From Malacoraja senta (Eukaryota), in assembly GCA_038087875.1 (NCBI GenBank), contig CM075994.1:7876001-7940000 (forward strand): 64,000 nucleotides of DNA, in the 5' to 3' direction. Below, in pieces: positions 51,700 through 64,000 of the stretch. Position numbers and translations under genes: made by a program. Below the pieces are notes generated by a model that worked only from the letters and a program-made list of their open reading frames with translations, was not told where the DNA came from and made no database searches. Position 1 is the first letter of the stretch. Every line of letters begins with the position of its first letter.

Positions 51700-52280
51700 T
51701 GAAAGGAACATTGAAACTCAGAAAATAGGATTCAGGAGTAGGCCTTTCGGCCCTTCGAGCCAGCACCGCCATTCAATAGACAATAAGTGCAGGTGTAGGC
51801 CATTCGGCCCTTCGAGCCAGCACCGCCATTCAATATGATCATGGCTGATCATCCAAAATCAGCACCCCGTTCCTGCTTTCTCCCACATCCCTTGATTCCG
51901 TTAGCTATAAGAGCTAAATCTAACTCTCTCTTGAAAACATCCAGTGAATTGGCCTCCACTGCCTTCTGTGGCAGGGAATTCCACAGATTCACAACTCTCT
52001 GGGTGAAGAAGTTTTTCCTCATCTCAGTCCTAAACGGCCTACCCCTTATTCTTAAACTGTGTGACCCCTGGTTCTGGACTCTACCAACATCAGGAACATT
52101 TTTCCTGCATCTAGCCTGTCAATCCCTTAAGAATTGTATATGTTTTTTTATAAGATCCCCTCTCATCCTTCTAAACTCCAGTCAATACAAGCCCAGTCTA
52201 CCCATTCTTTCATCATATGTCAGTCCCCGCATACCGGGAATTAACCTGGTGAACCTACGCTGCACTCCCTCAATAGCAAG
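51700..52280 (-). mobile_element. CR1 LINE 3' fragment
   Basis: Reverse strand of the CR1 RT C-terminus and tail. Confidence 0.85.
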
Positions 52281-54564
52281 AAGGGTCTCGACCCCGAAAT
52301 GTCACCTATTCCTTTTCTCCAAAGATGCTATTTGAGTTACTCCGGCCTTTGTGTCTATCTTCCATGACAATGTAACATACATTTTAAAAAAAAGATTAAA
52401 TAGCTCTGACATAGAACAGTGCAGCACAAGAACAGGCCCTTCGGCCCATCATGCCCGTGTCTGATGCCAAGACCACCACTTATCTGCCTGCACATTGGGC
52501 GGTCACGGTGGCGCAGCGGTAGAGTTGCAGCGAATGCCGCGCCGGAGACCTGGGTTCGATCCCGACTACGGGTGCTGTCTGTACGGAGTTTGTACGTTCT
52601 CCGAGAACTTCGGTTTCCTCCCACACTCCAAAGACGTACAGGTATGTAGGTTAATTGGCTTGGTAAATGTAAAAATAGTCCCTAGTGGGCGTAGGATAGA
52701 GTTACGGTACGGGGGTCGCTGGTTGGCGCGGACTCGGTGGGCCGAAAAGGGCCTGTTTCTGCGCTGTATCTCTGAACTAAACCAAAGGCCTGTCCACAAG
52801 TCTTTTAAATGCCACTAATGTATCTGCTTCAACCCCCACCCACGACATCGCGTTCCTGGCACTTACGAACCCCTGTATTAAAAAGTATATCATAGACACA
52901 AAATGCTGGAGTAACTCAGCGGGACGGGCAGCATCTCTGGAGAGAAGGAATGGGTGACGTTGCGGGTCGAGACCCTTCTTCAGACATGAAGAACAGTCAG
53001 TTTAGTTTAGAGATAGTGTGGAAACAGGCCCTTCGGCCCACCGAGTCCGCGCCGACCAGTGATCCCCGCACGCTATCCTACACACAATAGGGACAATTTA
53101 TGATCTTTACCGAAGCCAATTAACGTACAAACCTGTAAATATTTCTTAAACGTTGGGATAGTCCCTGCCTCAACTACCTCCTCTGGCAGCTTGTTCCATA
53201 CACCCACCACCCTTTGTGTGAAAAAGTTACCCTCAGATCCCTATTAAATCTTTTCCCCTTCACCTTGAACCCGTGGCCTCTGGTCCTCGATTCCCCTACT
53301 CTGGGCAAGAGACTCTGTGCATCTACCCGATCTATTCCTCTCATGATTTTGTACACCTCTATACGATCACCCCACATCCTCCTGCGCTCCAAGGAATAGA
53401 GTCCCAGGCTCTTGCTCCCCTTGAATAGAATCGAACCAAGACAGAAAAGAAGGTGATTGTGGAGACATCTAGTCACAGTTCATGTGAAAGGAGCAGAATT
53501 AGGCCATTCGGCCCATCAAGTCCACTCTGCCATTCAATCATGGCTGATCTATCTCTCCCTCCTAACCCCATTCTCCTGCCTTCTCCCCATAACCCCTGAC
53601 ACCCGTACTAATCAAAATCTATCTATCTCTGCCTTAAAAACATCCACTGGCTTGGCCTCCACAGCCTTCTGTGGCAATGATTCCACAAATTCACCACCCT
53701 CTGACGAAAGAAATTCCTCCTCATCTCTGCTGTAAAGGAACATCCTTTAATTCTGAGCTGTGCCCTCTGGTCCTAGACTCTCCCACTAGTGGAAACATCC
53801 TCTCCACATCCACTCTATCCAGGCCTTTCACTATTCACAATTCAATGAGGTCCCCCCTCGTCCTTCTAAACTCCAGCGAGTACAGGCCCAGTGCTGTCAA
53901 ACGCTCATCATAGGTTAACCCACTCATTCCTGAGATCATTCTCGTAAACCTCCTCTGGACCCTCTCCAGAGCCAGCACATCCTTCCTCAGATATGGTGCC
54001 CAAAACAATATTCCAAATGGGGCCTGACCAGCGCCTTATAGAGCCTCAGCATTACATCCCTGTTTTAGTTTAGTTGCTGCCTCACAGCGCCAGAGACCCG
54101 GGTTCGATCCCGACTACGGGTGCTGTCTGTACCAAGTCGTACCTTAATGGAGCCGGTCTGTTCGCTTTTTTCTAGTTTAGAGATACAGCGCAGAAACAGG
54201 CCCTTCGGCCCACCGGGTCCGCGCCGACCAGCGATCCCCGCACACATTAACACTATCCTACACACACTGGAGACAATTCTTGCATTTGCACCAAGCCAAT
54301 TGACCTATAAACCTGCACGTCTTTGGAGTGTGGGAGGAAACCGTAGATCTCGGGAGAAGACGTGCGTGGGTCACGGGGAGAACGTGCAAACTCCGTACAG
54401 ACAGCACCCGTGGTCGGGATGGAACCCGGCTGCTGTGAGGCAGCGACTCTACCACCTCGCACGTGGGAACATCTAGTCAGACCAGCATTTCTCAACCTTT
54501 TTACGCTTGCGGAACCCTTGAAATAATTGTCATGTCTCAGGGAACCCCTACATAAAAATCATTA

Positions 54565-55893
54565 TAGTGGCCTGCAAAAGTTTTCATACCCCTTGAACTT
54601 TTCCACATTTTGTCACGTTACAACCACAAACGTAAATGTATTTTATTGGGATTTTATGTGATAGACCAACACAAAGTGGCGCATAATTGTGAAGTGGAAG
54701 GAAAATGATACATGGTTTACAAATTTTTTTACAAATAAAAAACTGAAAAGTGTGGCGTGCAAAAGTATTCAGCGCCCCCGAGTCAATACTTTGTAGAACC
54801 ACCTTTCGCTGTAATTACAGCTGCAAGTCTTTTGGGGTATGTCTCTACCAGCTTTGCACATCTAGAGACTGAAATTTTTTCCCATTCTTCTTTGCAAAAT
54901 AGCTCAACCTCGGTCAGATTGGATGGAGAGCGCCTGTGAACAGCAATTTTCAAGTTTGCCAGAGATTCTCAATTGGATTTAGGTCTGGACTTTGACTGGG
55001 CCATTCTAACACATGAATATGCTTTGATCTAAACCATTCCATTGCAGCTCTGGCTGTATGTTTAGGGTCGTTGTCCTGCTGGAAGGTGAACCTCCACCCC
55101 AGTCTCAAGTCTTTTGCAGACTCTAACAGGTTTTCTTCCAAGATTGCCCTGTATTTGGCTCCATCCATCTTCCCATCAACTCTGACCAGCTTCCCTGTCC
55201 CTGCTGAAGAAAAGCATCCCCACAGCATGATGCTGCCACCACCATGTTTCACAGTGGGGATGGTGTGTTCAGGGTGATGTGCAGTGTAAGTTTTCCGCCA
55301 CACATAGCGTTTTGCATTTAGGCCAAAAACTTCAATTTTGGTCTCATCTGACCAGAGCACCTTCCTCCACATGTTTTGCTGTGTCCCCCACATGGCTTGT
55401 GGCAAACTGCAAACGGGACTTCTTATGGCTTTTTTTCAACAATGGCTTTCTTCTTGCCACTCTTCCACAAAGGCCCGATTTGTGGAGTGCACGACTAATA
55501 GTTGTCCTGTGGACAGATTCTCCCACCTGAGCTGTGGATCTCTGCAGCTCCTCCAGAGTTACCATGGGCCTCTTGGCTGCTTCTCTGATCAATGCTCTAC
55601 TTGCCCGGCCTGTCAAAAATTTCTGTCTCTAGATGTGCAAAGCTGGTAGAGACATACCCCAAAAGACTTGCAGCTGTAATTGCAGCGAAAGGTGGTTCTA
55701 CAAAGTATTGACTCAGGGGGGCTGAATACTTTTGCAAGCCACACTTTTCAGTTTTTTATTTGTAAAAAAATTTGAAAACCAAGTATCATTTTCCTTCCAC
55801 TTCAAATCTCAATAAAATACATTTACGTTTGTGGTTGTAACGTGACAAAATGTTGAAAAGTTCAAGGGGTATGAAAACTTTTGCAAGCCACTG
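54565..55893 (-). mobile_element. Tc1/mariner transposon, defective and rearranged
   Basis: TA flanks; TIR (c)agtggcctgcaaaagttttcatacccc; transposase motifs WSDETK, TVKHGGGSIMLWGCF, FQQDNDPKHT and WPSQSPDLNPIENLW; frameshifted, N-terminus absent. Confidence 0.95.
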
Positions 55894-56198
55894 TATATCT
55901 TTATTAATCTCTTTCTTTCTCTTTCATAAACTTAAAGTTCATAAGGCAAACATAATATATTTTTCTTGTACCTGGTCTCAGCAAAAAATAACTAATGTTT
56001 TTCTCAAAAGATAACTGAAATCAAATTGCTTGTTCAAAACTGAAGCAAATAAAAGCAAACAGACCTAACCGAGGGGGAGAGAGGGAGGGAGAAGGAGAGG
56101 GAGAGAAGGGAGAGGAGAGGGAGAGAGAGACGGAGGGGGAGAGAGAGAACGGAGGGCGAGAGAGAGACGGAGGGGGGGGAGAGAGACGGAGGGGGAGA

Positions 56199-56398
56199 NN
56201 NNNNNNNNNNNNNNNNNNNNNNNNNNNNNNNNNNNNNNNNNNNNNNNNNNNNNNNNNNNNNNNNNNNNNNNNNNNNNNNNNNNNNNNNNNNNNNNNNNNN
56301 NNNNNNNNNNNNNNNNNNNNNNNNNNNNNNNNNNNNNNNNNNNNNNNNNNNNNNNNNNNNNNNNNNNNNNNNNNNNNNNNNNNNNNNNNNNNNNNNNN
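56199..56398. other. Assembly gap (about 200 N), preceded by a GA-rich repeat at 56070-56198
   Basis: Run of N. Confidence 1.
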
Positions 56399-57714
56399 AA
56401 TCCATGTTTGGCCCATATCCCTTCAGCCCAACTTGCCCACACCCACCAACATGCCCCATCTACACTGGACCACCCACCATTCCATGTTTGGCCCATATCC
56501 CTTCAGCCCAACTTGCCCCCGCCGACCAACAGGCCCCATCTACACTAGTCCCACCTGCCTGCGTTTGGCCCATATCCCTCCAAACCTGACCTATCCATGC
56601 ACCTGTCCATAAGGTCATAAGTGATCAGAGCAGAATTAGGCCATTCGGCCCATCAAGTCTACTTGCCCATTTAATCATGGCTGATATATCCCTCATGTCC
56701 AAACCCCATTTAGTTTAGAGATACAGTGCGGAAACAGGCCCTTCAGCCCACCGGGTCCACGCCGACCAGCGATCCCCGCACACTAACACTATCCTACACA
56801 CACTAGGGACAATTTTTACATTTACCAAGTCAATTAACCTACAAGCCTGTACGTCTTTGGAGTGCGGGAGGAAACCGAAGATCTCGGAGAAAACCCACGC
56901 AGATCACGGGGAGAACGTACAAACTCCGTACAGACAGCACCCGTAGTCGGGATCGAACCCGGGTCTCCGGCGCTGCATTCGCTGTAAAGGAGCAACTCTA
57001 CCGCTGCGCTACCGTGACCGCCACAGTGCGATTGCAATGAATGAGATAAATCGCGATCGATTGAAGGATACAGCATGGAAAGAGGGCCCATCGGCCCGTC
57101 GTGTCCACGCCAACCATCGATCACCCCGTTCACACACTAGTTCTATGTTATCCCACTTTCTCATCCACTCCCTACACACTAGGGAGCAATTTACAGAGGG
57201 GCCGATCGACCTACAAACCCGCACGGGCACGTCGTTCCGACGTGGGAGGAAACAGGAGCACCCGGAGGAAACCCACGCCGTCACGGGGAGAAGGTGCAAA
57301 AGCTGCATTGCATCATTTACTGGCCCCATGCAACGTTTCAACCATCACAACACAACATAAAAGGGCAAGTGGATTATTATTCGATGATTATTCCCAATGT
57401 CTGCTCGTTAAATCTTCTTAAGGCCATGAGGGCCGGCACGGTGGCGCAGCGGTAGAGTTGCTGCCTCACAGCGCCAGAGACCCGGGTTCCATCCTGACTA
57501 CGGGTGCTGTCTGTACGGAGTTTGTACGTTCTCCCCGTGACCTGCGTGGGTTTTCTCTGGGGGCTCTGGTTTCCTCGCACACTCCAAAGACATACAGGTT
57601 TGAAGGTTAATTGGCTTGGGTATAATTGTAAATTGTGATAGTGTTAGTGTGTGAGGTGATCGCTATTCGGCCACGGACTCAGTGGGCCGACGAGCCTGTT
57701 TCCGCACTGTGTCT

Positions 57715-59380
57715 AAGGAGATGGAGGAACTGAGTGAAATCCAGGTTAGTCGGGAAGTGGTGTTGGGTAAATTGAATGGATTAAAGGCCGATAAATCACC
57801 AGGGCCAGATAGGCTGCATTCCAGAGTACTTAAGGAAGTAGCTCCAGAAAATAGTGGATGCATTAGTGATAATTTTTCAAAACTCTTTAGATTCTTGAGT
57901 AGTTCCTGAGGATTGGAGGGTAGCAAACGTAACCCCACTTTTTAAGAAGGGAGGGAGAGAGAAAACGGGGAATTACAGACCAGTTAGTCTAACATCGGTA
58001 GTGGGGAAACTGCTAGAGTCAGTTATTAAAGATGGGATAGCAGCATATTTGGAAAGTGGTGAAATCATTGGACAAAGTCAGCATGGATTTACGAAAGGTA
58101 AATCGTGTCTGACGAATCTTATAGAATTTTTCGAGGATGTAACTAGTAGAGTGGATAGGGGAGAATCAGTGGATGTGTTGTATCTGGACTTTCAGAAGGC
58201 TTTCGACAAGGTACCACATAAGAGATTAGGATACAAACTTAAATCACACGGTATTGGGGGTTCAGTATTGATGTGGATAGAGAACTGGCTGGCAAACAGG
58301 AAGCAAAGAGTAGGAGTAAACGGGTCCTTTTCACAATGGCAGGCAGTGACTAGTGGGGTACCGCAAGGCTCAGTGCTGGGACCCCAGCTATTTACAATTT
58401 ATATTAATGATCTGGATGAGGGAATTGAAAGCAACATCTCCAAGTTTGCGGATGACACTAAGCTGGGGGGCAGTGTTAGCTGTGCGGAGGATGCTAGGAG
58501 ACTGCAAGGTGACTTGGATAGGCTGGGTGAGTGGGCAAATGTTTGGCAGATGCAGTATAATGTGGATAAATGTGAGGTTATCCACTTTGGTGACAAAAAC
58601 GGGAAGGCAGACTATTATCTAAATGGTGGCCAATTAGGCAATGGGGAGATGCAGCGAGACCTGGGTGTCATGGTACACCAGTCATTGAAAGTAGGCATGC
58701 AGGTGCAGCAGGCAGTGAAGAAAGCGAATGGTATGTTGGCTTTCATAGCAAGAGGATTTGAGTATAGGAGCAGGGAGGTTCTACTGCAGTTGTACAGGGT
58801 CTTGGTGAGACCACACCTGGAGTATTGCGTACAGTTTTGGTCTCCAAATCTGAGGAAGGACATTATAGCCATAGAGGGAGTGCAGAGAAGGTTCACCAGA
58901 CTGATTCCTGGGATGTCAGGACTTTCATATGAAGAAAGACTGGATAGACTTGGCTTATACTCGCTAGAATTTAGGAGATTGAGAGGGGATCTTATAGAAA
59001 CGTACAAAATTCTTATGGGGTTGGACAGGCTAGATGCAGGAAGATTGTTCCCGATGTTGGGGAAGTCCAGGACAAGGGGTCACAGCGTAAGGATAAGGGG
59101 GAAATCCTTTAAGACCGAGATGAGGAAAAACTTTTTCACACAGTGGTGAATCTCTGGAACTCTCTGCCACAGAGGGTAGTTGAGGCCAGTTCATTGGCTA
59201 TATTTAAGAGGGAGTTAGATGTGGCCCTTGTGGCTAAAGGGATCAGGGGGTATGGAGAGAAGGCAGGTATGGGATACTGAGTTGGATGATCAGCCATGAT
59301 CATATTGAATGGCGGTGCAGGCTCGAAGGGCCGAATGGCCTACTCCTGCACCTATTTTCTATGTATCTATGTATCTATGT
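57715..59380 (+). mobile_element. Young 5'-truncated CR1 LINE with a 382-aa open reverse-transcriptase frame (58001-59149)
   Basis: QHGFTKGKSCLTNL, YLDFQKAFDKV, GVPQGSVLGP and KFADDTKL motifs; (TCTATGTA)n tail. Confidence 0.97.
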
Positions 59381-59581
59381 AACATCCTCGTAAATCTTCT
59401 ATGTATCTATGTCTCTAAACTAAACACAAGGATGGGAGCGGAAAATCCCACACAGATTTCCCCACAGCCATCAGGTCATTAAACCTGGCTCGGACAAAAC
59501 TCTGATCATTAACAACCCATTAACTGTTATTTGCACTTAATCAGTTTATTTATTCATGTGTGTATATATTTATAGAATGGT

Positions 59582-60790
59582 AGGTACACAAAAATGCTGG
59601 AGAAACTCAGCGGGTGCAGCAGCATCTATGGAGCGAAGGAAATAGGTAACGTTTCGGGCCGAAACCCTTCTTCAGACTGATAGGGGGTGGGGAGAAGAAA
59701 GGAAAAAAGGAAAAGGAGGAGGAGGAGCCCGAGGGTTGGGGGAGGGGAGGAGACAACCAGATGGCTGATGAAGGGGAGGGGACAGCCAGGGCTAGCAGAA
59801 TTGGGAGAATTCAACGTTCAGGCCACCAGGGTGTAGACTGCCCAAGCGGAATATGAGGTGCATTTCCTCCAATTTACGGTGTTGCTCGCTGTGGCCATGG
59901 AGGAGACCCAGGACAGAGAGGTCAGATACGGAATGGGAGGGGGAGTTGAAGTGCTGAGCCACCGGGAGTTCAGGTTGGTTATTGCGGACCGACCGGAGGT
60001 GTTCGGCGAAACGATCGCCAAGCCTCCGCTTGGTCTCACCGATGTAGATCAGCTGGCATCTAGAGCAGCGAATGCAATAGATGAGGTTGGAGGAGATGCA
60101 GGTGAACCTCTGTCGCACCTGGAACGACTGCTTGGGTCCTGGAATGGAGTGGAGGGGGGAAGTGAAGGGACAAGTGTTGCATCTCTTGCGGTTGCAAGGG
60201 AAAGTACCAGGGGAGGGGGTGGTATGGGAGGGAAGGGAAGAATTGACAAGGGAGTTACGGAGGGAGCGGTCTTTGCGGAAGGCAGACATAGGGGGAGATG
60301 GGAAGATGTGGCGAGTGGTGGGGTCACGTTGGAGGTGGCGAAACTGACGGAGGATCACTTGTTGTATGTGACGGCTGGTGGGGTGAAAGGTGAGGACTAG
60401 GGGGACTCTGCCTTTGTTGTGAGTGGGGGGATGGGGAGAGAGAGCAGTGTTGCGGGGTATGGCAGAGACCCTGGTGCGAGCCTCATCTATGGTGGAGGAG
60501 GGGAACCCCCGTTCCCTGAAGAATGAGGACATTTCAGATGCCCTGGTGTGGAACGCCTCATCCTGGGAGCAGATGCGGCGTAGACGGAGGAATTGGGAGT
60601 GGGGGATGGAGTCCTTACAGGAAGCAGGGTGGGAAGAAGTGTAGTCCAGATAGCCATGGGAGTCGGTAGGTTTGTAGTGGATGTCGGTAAGGAGTCTATC
60701 ACCTGCGATGGAGATAGTGAGGTCAAGGAATGGTAGGGAAGTGTCGGAAATGGTCCAGGTGTATTTAAGTGCCGGATGGAAGTTGGTATG
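59582..60790 (-). mobile_element. Penelope-like retroelement: RT thumb, GIY-YIG endonuclease and terminal repeat
   Basis: LPFLDL, YKPTDSHGYL, CNRKRCNTC and NLIYCIRCSRCQLIYIGETKRRLGDRFAEH motifs. Confidence 0.95.
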
Positions 60791-61242
60791 GTATATGGAC
60801 ACACTGATCTGTTTTGTAGTCAATGCCTACTATGTTCTGTTGTGCTGAAGCAAAGCAAGAATTTCATTGTCCTATCAGGGACACATGACAACAAATTCAC
60901 TTGAACTTGAAAGAGACGGGCACACACACAACACCCACACAGACAGAGACAGACACACACACACACAGATTCAGTCACATACACAAAGACACACACACAC
61001 AGCCACACAGACACACACACACACACACACACCCACACACAGACACACCCACACACAGCCACACAGACACACACAGACACAGACACCCACACACAGACAC
61101 ACCCACACACGCACACCCACAGTGCCCAGTCAGGATGGAAGCCGTGTGTGTGGCACGGTGAGGCAGCAGCTCTACCCGCTGCGCCGCCCAGACGCCCATC
61201 AGAAGAACGTGCCCACACAGCGCGCCCGTTACCATCACCCAC

Positions 61243-61324
61243 CTGCTGGGATGAGACAGGGTGACCGTGGTCCCGGAGAAGGCAGACACTGCTGGAGACG
61301 GCAGACCGAACGAGTCCTCTTGCT
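61243..61324 (-). CDS. Exon B of the unidentified gene (EQEDSFGLPSPAVSAFSGTTVTLSHPSR)
   Basis: 82 nt, tctgatctttgcgcAG / gtgggt, phase 1->2, compatible with exon A. Confidence 0.65.
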
Positions 61325-61359
61325 CTGCGCAAAGATCAGAACAACAAGAGCATTCATCC

Positions 61360-61655
61360 ATCCCTCTCTCCCACCCTCTAACTCTCCCACCCTATCTCTC
61401 CCTCTCTCTCCCTTTCCCACCCTCTCTTTCTCTCCCACCCTCACCCACTCTCTCCCACCCTCTCTCTCTCCCACCTTCCGTCACTCTCTCTCTCCCACCC
61501 TCTCATTCTCTCTCCCAACCTCTCTCTCTCTCTCTACCCTCCCTCTCTCCCACCCTCTCATTCTCTCCCTCCCTCCCACCCTCTCTCTCCCTCCCTCTCT
61601 CCCACCCTCTCACTCGCTCTCTCACACCCACCCTCCCACCCTCTCTCTCTCTTCT
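61360..61655. repeat. CT-rich minisatellite (ctctcccaccct)n
   Basis: Direct observation. Confidence 0.9.
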
Positions 61656-62134
61656 ATACTTTAGTTTAGAGATACAGCACAGAAACAGGCCCTTCGGCCC
61701 ACTGAGACCGCGTTAACCAGCGATCCCCTACCCTACACACACTGGGGAGAATGTATAATTACACCCAGCCAATTAACCGACAACCCTGCACGTCTTTGGA
61801 GTGTGGGAGGAATCCGAAGATCTCGGAGAAAACCCACGCGGGTCACGGGGAGAACGTACAAACTCCATACAGACAGCGACCCGTAGTCGGGATGCAACCC
61901 GGGTCTCTGGCGCTGTGAGGCAGCAACTCTACCGCTGCGCCACCGTGCCGCACACTCTCGTTCTCTCACAGTTTCTCCGTCGTCACCCCATCTGTCCTCT
62001 GTTGGTGAGACCTTCCATTCCAGGAACACACACAACAAGCTGGAGTAACTCGGCGGGTCAGGCAGCATGTCTGGAGAGAAGGAATAGCGTGAAGGAAGGT
62101 CTCCGCCCAGAAACGTCACCTATTCCCCCTCCAT

Positions 62135-62330
62135 CGACTCTTTTAAGTCAAGACTAAAGACTTATCTATACTCCCAAGCCTTTCCTGACGTCCTCTGAGT
62201 GAGGGCTACATGTATATATGTATGTAGTTTGTTTTGTTTGTGCTATTCTTATAACAAATGTAAAGCACTTTGGCCAACGAGAGTTGTTTTTTAAATGTGC
62301 CATATAAATAAATGTGACTTGACTTGACTT
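62135..62330 (+). mobile_element. L2-like LINE 3' end
   Basis: FKSRLKTYLY-type C-terminus, tgtaaagcactttg motif, aataaa and (TGACT)n tail. Confidence 0.6.
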
Positions 62331-62467
62331 CTTTTTCTTCGGAGACTCTGCCTGATCGGCCGAGTTGCTCCAGCTTCACCTCTACCCCCCCATACCTGAC
62401 GCCTGACCTGATAACAATTCATTCTACAGTGATCAGTGCATTTCATTGCTCCGTGTTAATCTCAAAC

Positions 62468-62559
62468 CTTCTTTGATGGTCAGGACATTTTCATCTCCGA
62501 TGCAGACCGCAATGATTTCCCGATCGGACGACAACTGCCCCTCCAGCCCTTTGGGGAGT
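62468..62559 (-). CDS. Exon A of an unidentified gene (LPKGLEGQLSSDREIIAVCIGDENVLTIKE)
   Basis: 92 nt, cttgtgttttccAG / gtttga, phase 2->1, unique sequence. Confidence 0.65.
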
Positions 62560-62924
62560 CTGGAAAACACAAGCAGGAAAACAATAGACAATAGACAATA
62601 GGTGCAGGAGTCAGCACCACCATTCAATGTGATCATGGCTGATCATCCCCAATCAGTACCCCGTTCCCGCCTTCTCCCCATATCCCCTTTAAGAGCACCA
62701 TCTAACTCTCTCTTGAAAGCATCCAGAGAATCGGCCTCCACTGCCTTCTGAGGCAGAGAATTCCAGACACAATGACGTCTATTTTTCTCCACATTGTAGG
62801 TTTAGTGTTTAGTATATTTTAGAGATAGAGCGCAGAAACAGGCCCTTCGGCCTACCGAGTCCGTGCCGACCAGCGATCAATCCCCGCACACTAACACACA
62901 CTATGGACACCGGGGGTGTCCATG

Positions 62925-64000
62925 CCCAGACCCTAACGATGTACCAGACCCTAACGACCCTAATCAGCTCCAGACCCAGACTCCAACGTCCATCAGACCC
63001 TATCCCCGATACTCTAATGACCCCAAGAATCTAACTACCCCAAGAGTCCACGACCCCAACAAACACCAAGAGACTCGAACGATCCCGGGACCCCAACAAC
63101 CCCAATGCTCTTAATGATCCTAATAATCGCAAGAATCTAACTACCCTGAGACTCCAAGAGCCCAAGACTAACGACCCCTAAGAGACTCTAATGACCCCCA
63201 GATCCTAACGACCCCTGACCCTAATGACCCAGAGACGCTAACGACCCTAGACCCTAACGACCCAGAGACCCTAATAACCCCCAGACCCTAACGACCCCGG
63301 CACTAACGACACTAGACCCTAACGACCCACAGACCCTAGACCCTAACGACCCCCAGACACCAATGACCCAGACCCTAACGACCCCCAGACCCTAAAGACC
63401 CCGGCACCAACGAACCCGGCACTAACGAACCCGGCACTAACGACCCTAGACCCCAGACACTCTAACGACCCCAGACCCTAACGACCCCCAGACCCTAATG
63501 ACCCCAGACCCTAAAGAACCCGGCACTAACGAACCCGGCACTAACGAACCCGGCACTAACGAACCCGGCACGAGCGACCCTAGACCCCAGTGACCCAGAG
63601 ACCCTAACGACCCCAGACCCTAACAACCCCAGACCCTATCGACCTGACTCTTTACGACCCCAGACCCTAACGACCCAGAGACACTAATGACCCCCAGACC
63701 CTAACGACCCAGAGACCCTAACGACCCCAGACCCTAACGACCCCAGACCCTAACGACCCCAGACCCTAACGACCCCAGACCCTAACGACCCCAGACCCTA
63801 ACGACCCCCAGACCCTAACGACCCCCAGACCCTAACGACCCCAGACCCAAGCGACCCAGAGACCCTAACAACCCCAGACCAAAACGACTGAGACCCTAGC
63901 GAACCCAGAGACCCCAGACCCTAACAACCCAGAGACCCTAATGACCCCAGACCCTAACGACCGAGACCCTAGCGAACCCAGAGACCCCAGACCCTAGCAA
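62925..64000. repeat. 16-17-bp satellite (AGACCCTAACGACCCC)n running off the window end
   Basis: Near-perfect units at 63715-63840; each contains CCCTAA. Confidence 0.95.

Noticed and set aside
57433..57510. tRNA-like A and B boxes as tRNA genes
   Set aside because: They are SINE heads continuing into the V-domain and LINE tail, present in many copies
58001..59149. 382-aa RT ORF as a domesticated host gene
   Set aside because: Ordinary 5'-truncated CR1 with frameshifts on both sides and a standard tail
62925..64000. CRISPR-like array (also 50110-50280)
   Set aside because: Tandem units without unique spacers, no cas genes, eukaryotic context

Overview
Eukaryotic, repeat-dense vertebrate DNA. 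The repeat complement (V-SINE/HE1-like SINEs, CR1/HER1-like LINEs, Penelope, L1/Tx1, Rex1, RTE, Tc1) suggests a cartilaginous fish, probably a skate or ray; this is an inference. Two 200-N gaps (9419-9618, 56199-56398) split the window into three contigs. Most listed ORFs are transposon fragments or low-complexity noise. Reading for GT-AG exons shows three spliced host genes. (1) On the minus strand, exons 1-8 of a complement C4-like gene (34500->12935). Exons 6 and 7 each lack one nucleotide, and the gene runs into the first gap. (2) On the plus strand, left of that gap, three phase-0 exons (1333-1359, 5941-6057, 7873-8016) and an AU-rich 3' region. They resemble the 3' part of a short-chain four-helix cytokine with an IL-7/TSLP-like helix D, and are the most novel candidate here. 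(3) On the minus strand upstream of C4, four phase-compatible exons (62559->47139) of a gene I cannot name. Other observations: about 20 Penelope-derived minimal hammerhead-ribozyme-like motifs, an L1 fragment flanked by a 247-bp direct duplication, a Tc1 whose 5' end is replaced by an inverted copy of its 3' end, a C4 intron made almost entirely of (GGGTT)n, a probably artefactual 1.2-kb poly-C tract, and a CCCTAA-containing satellite at the right end.
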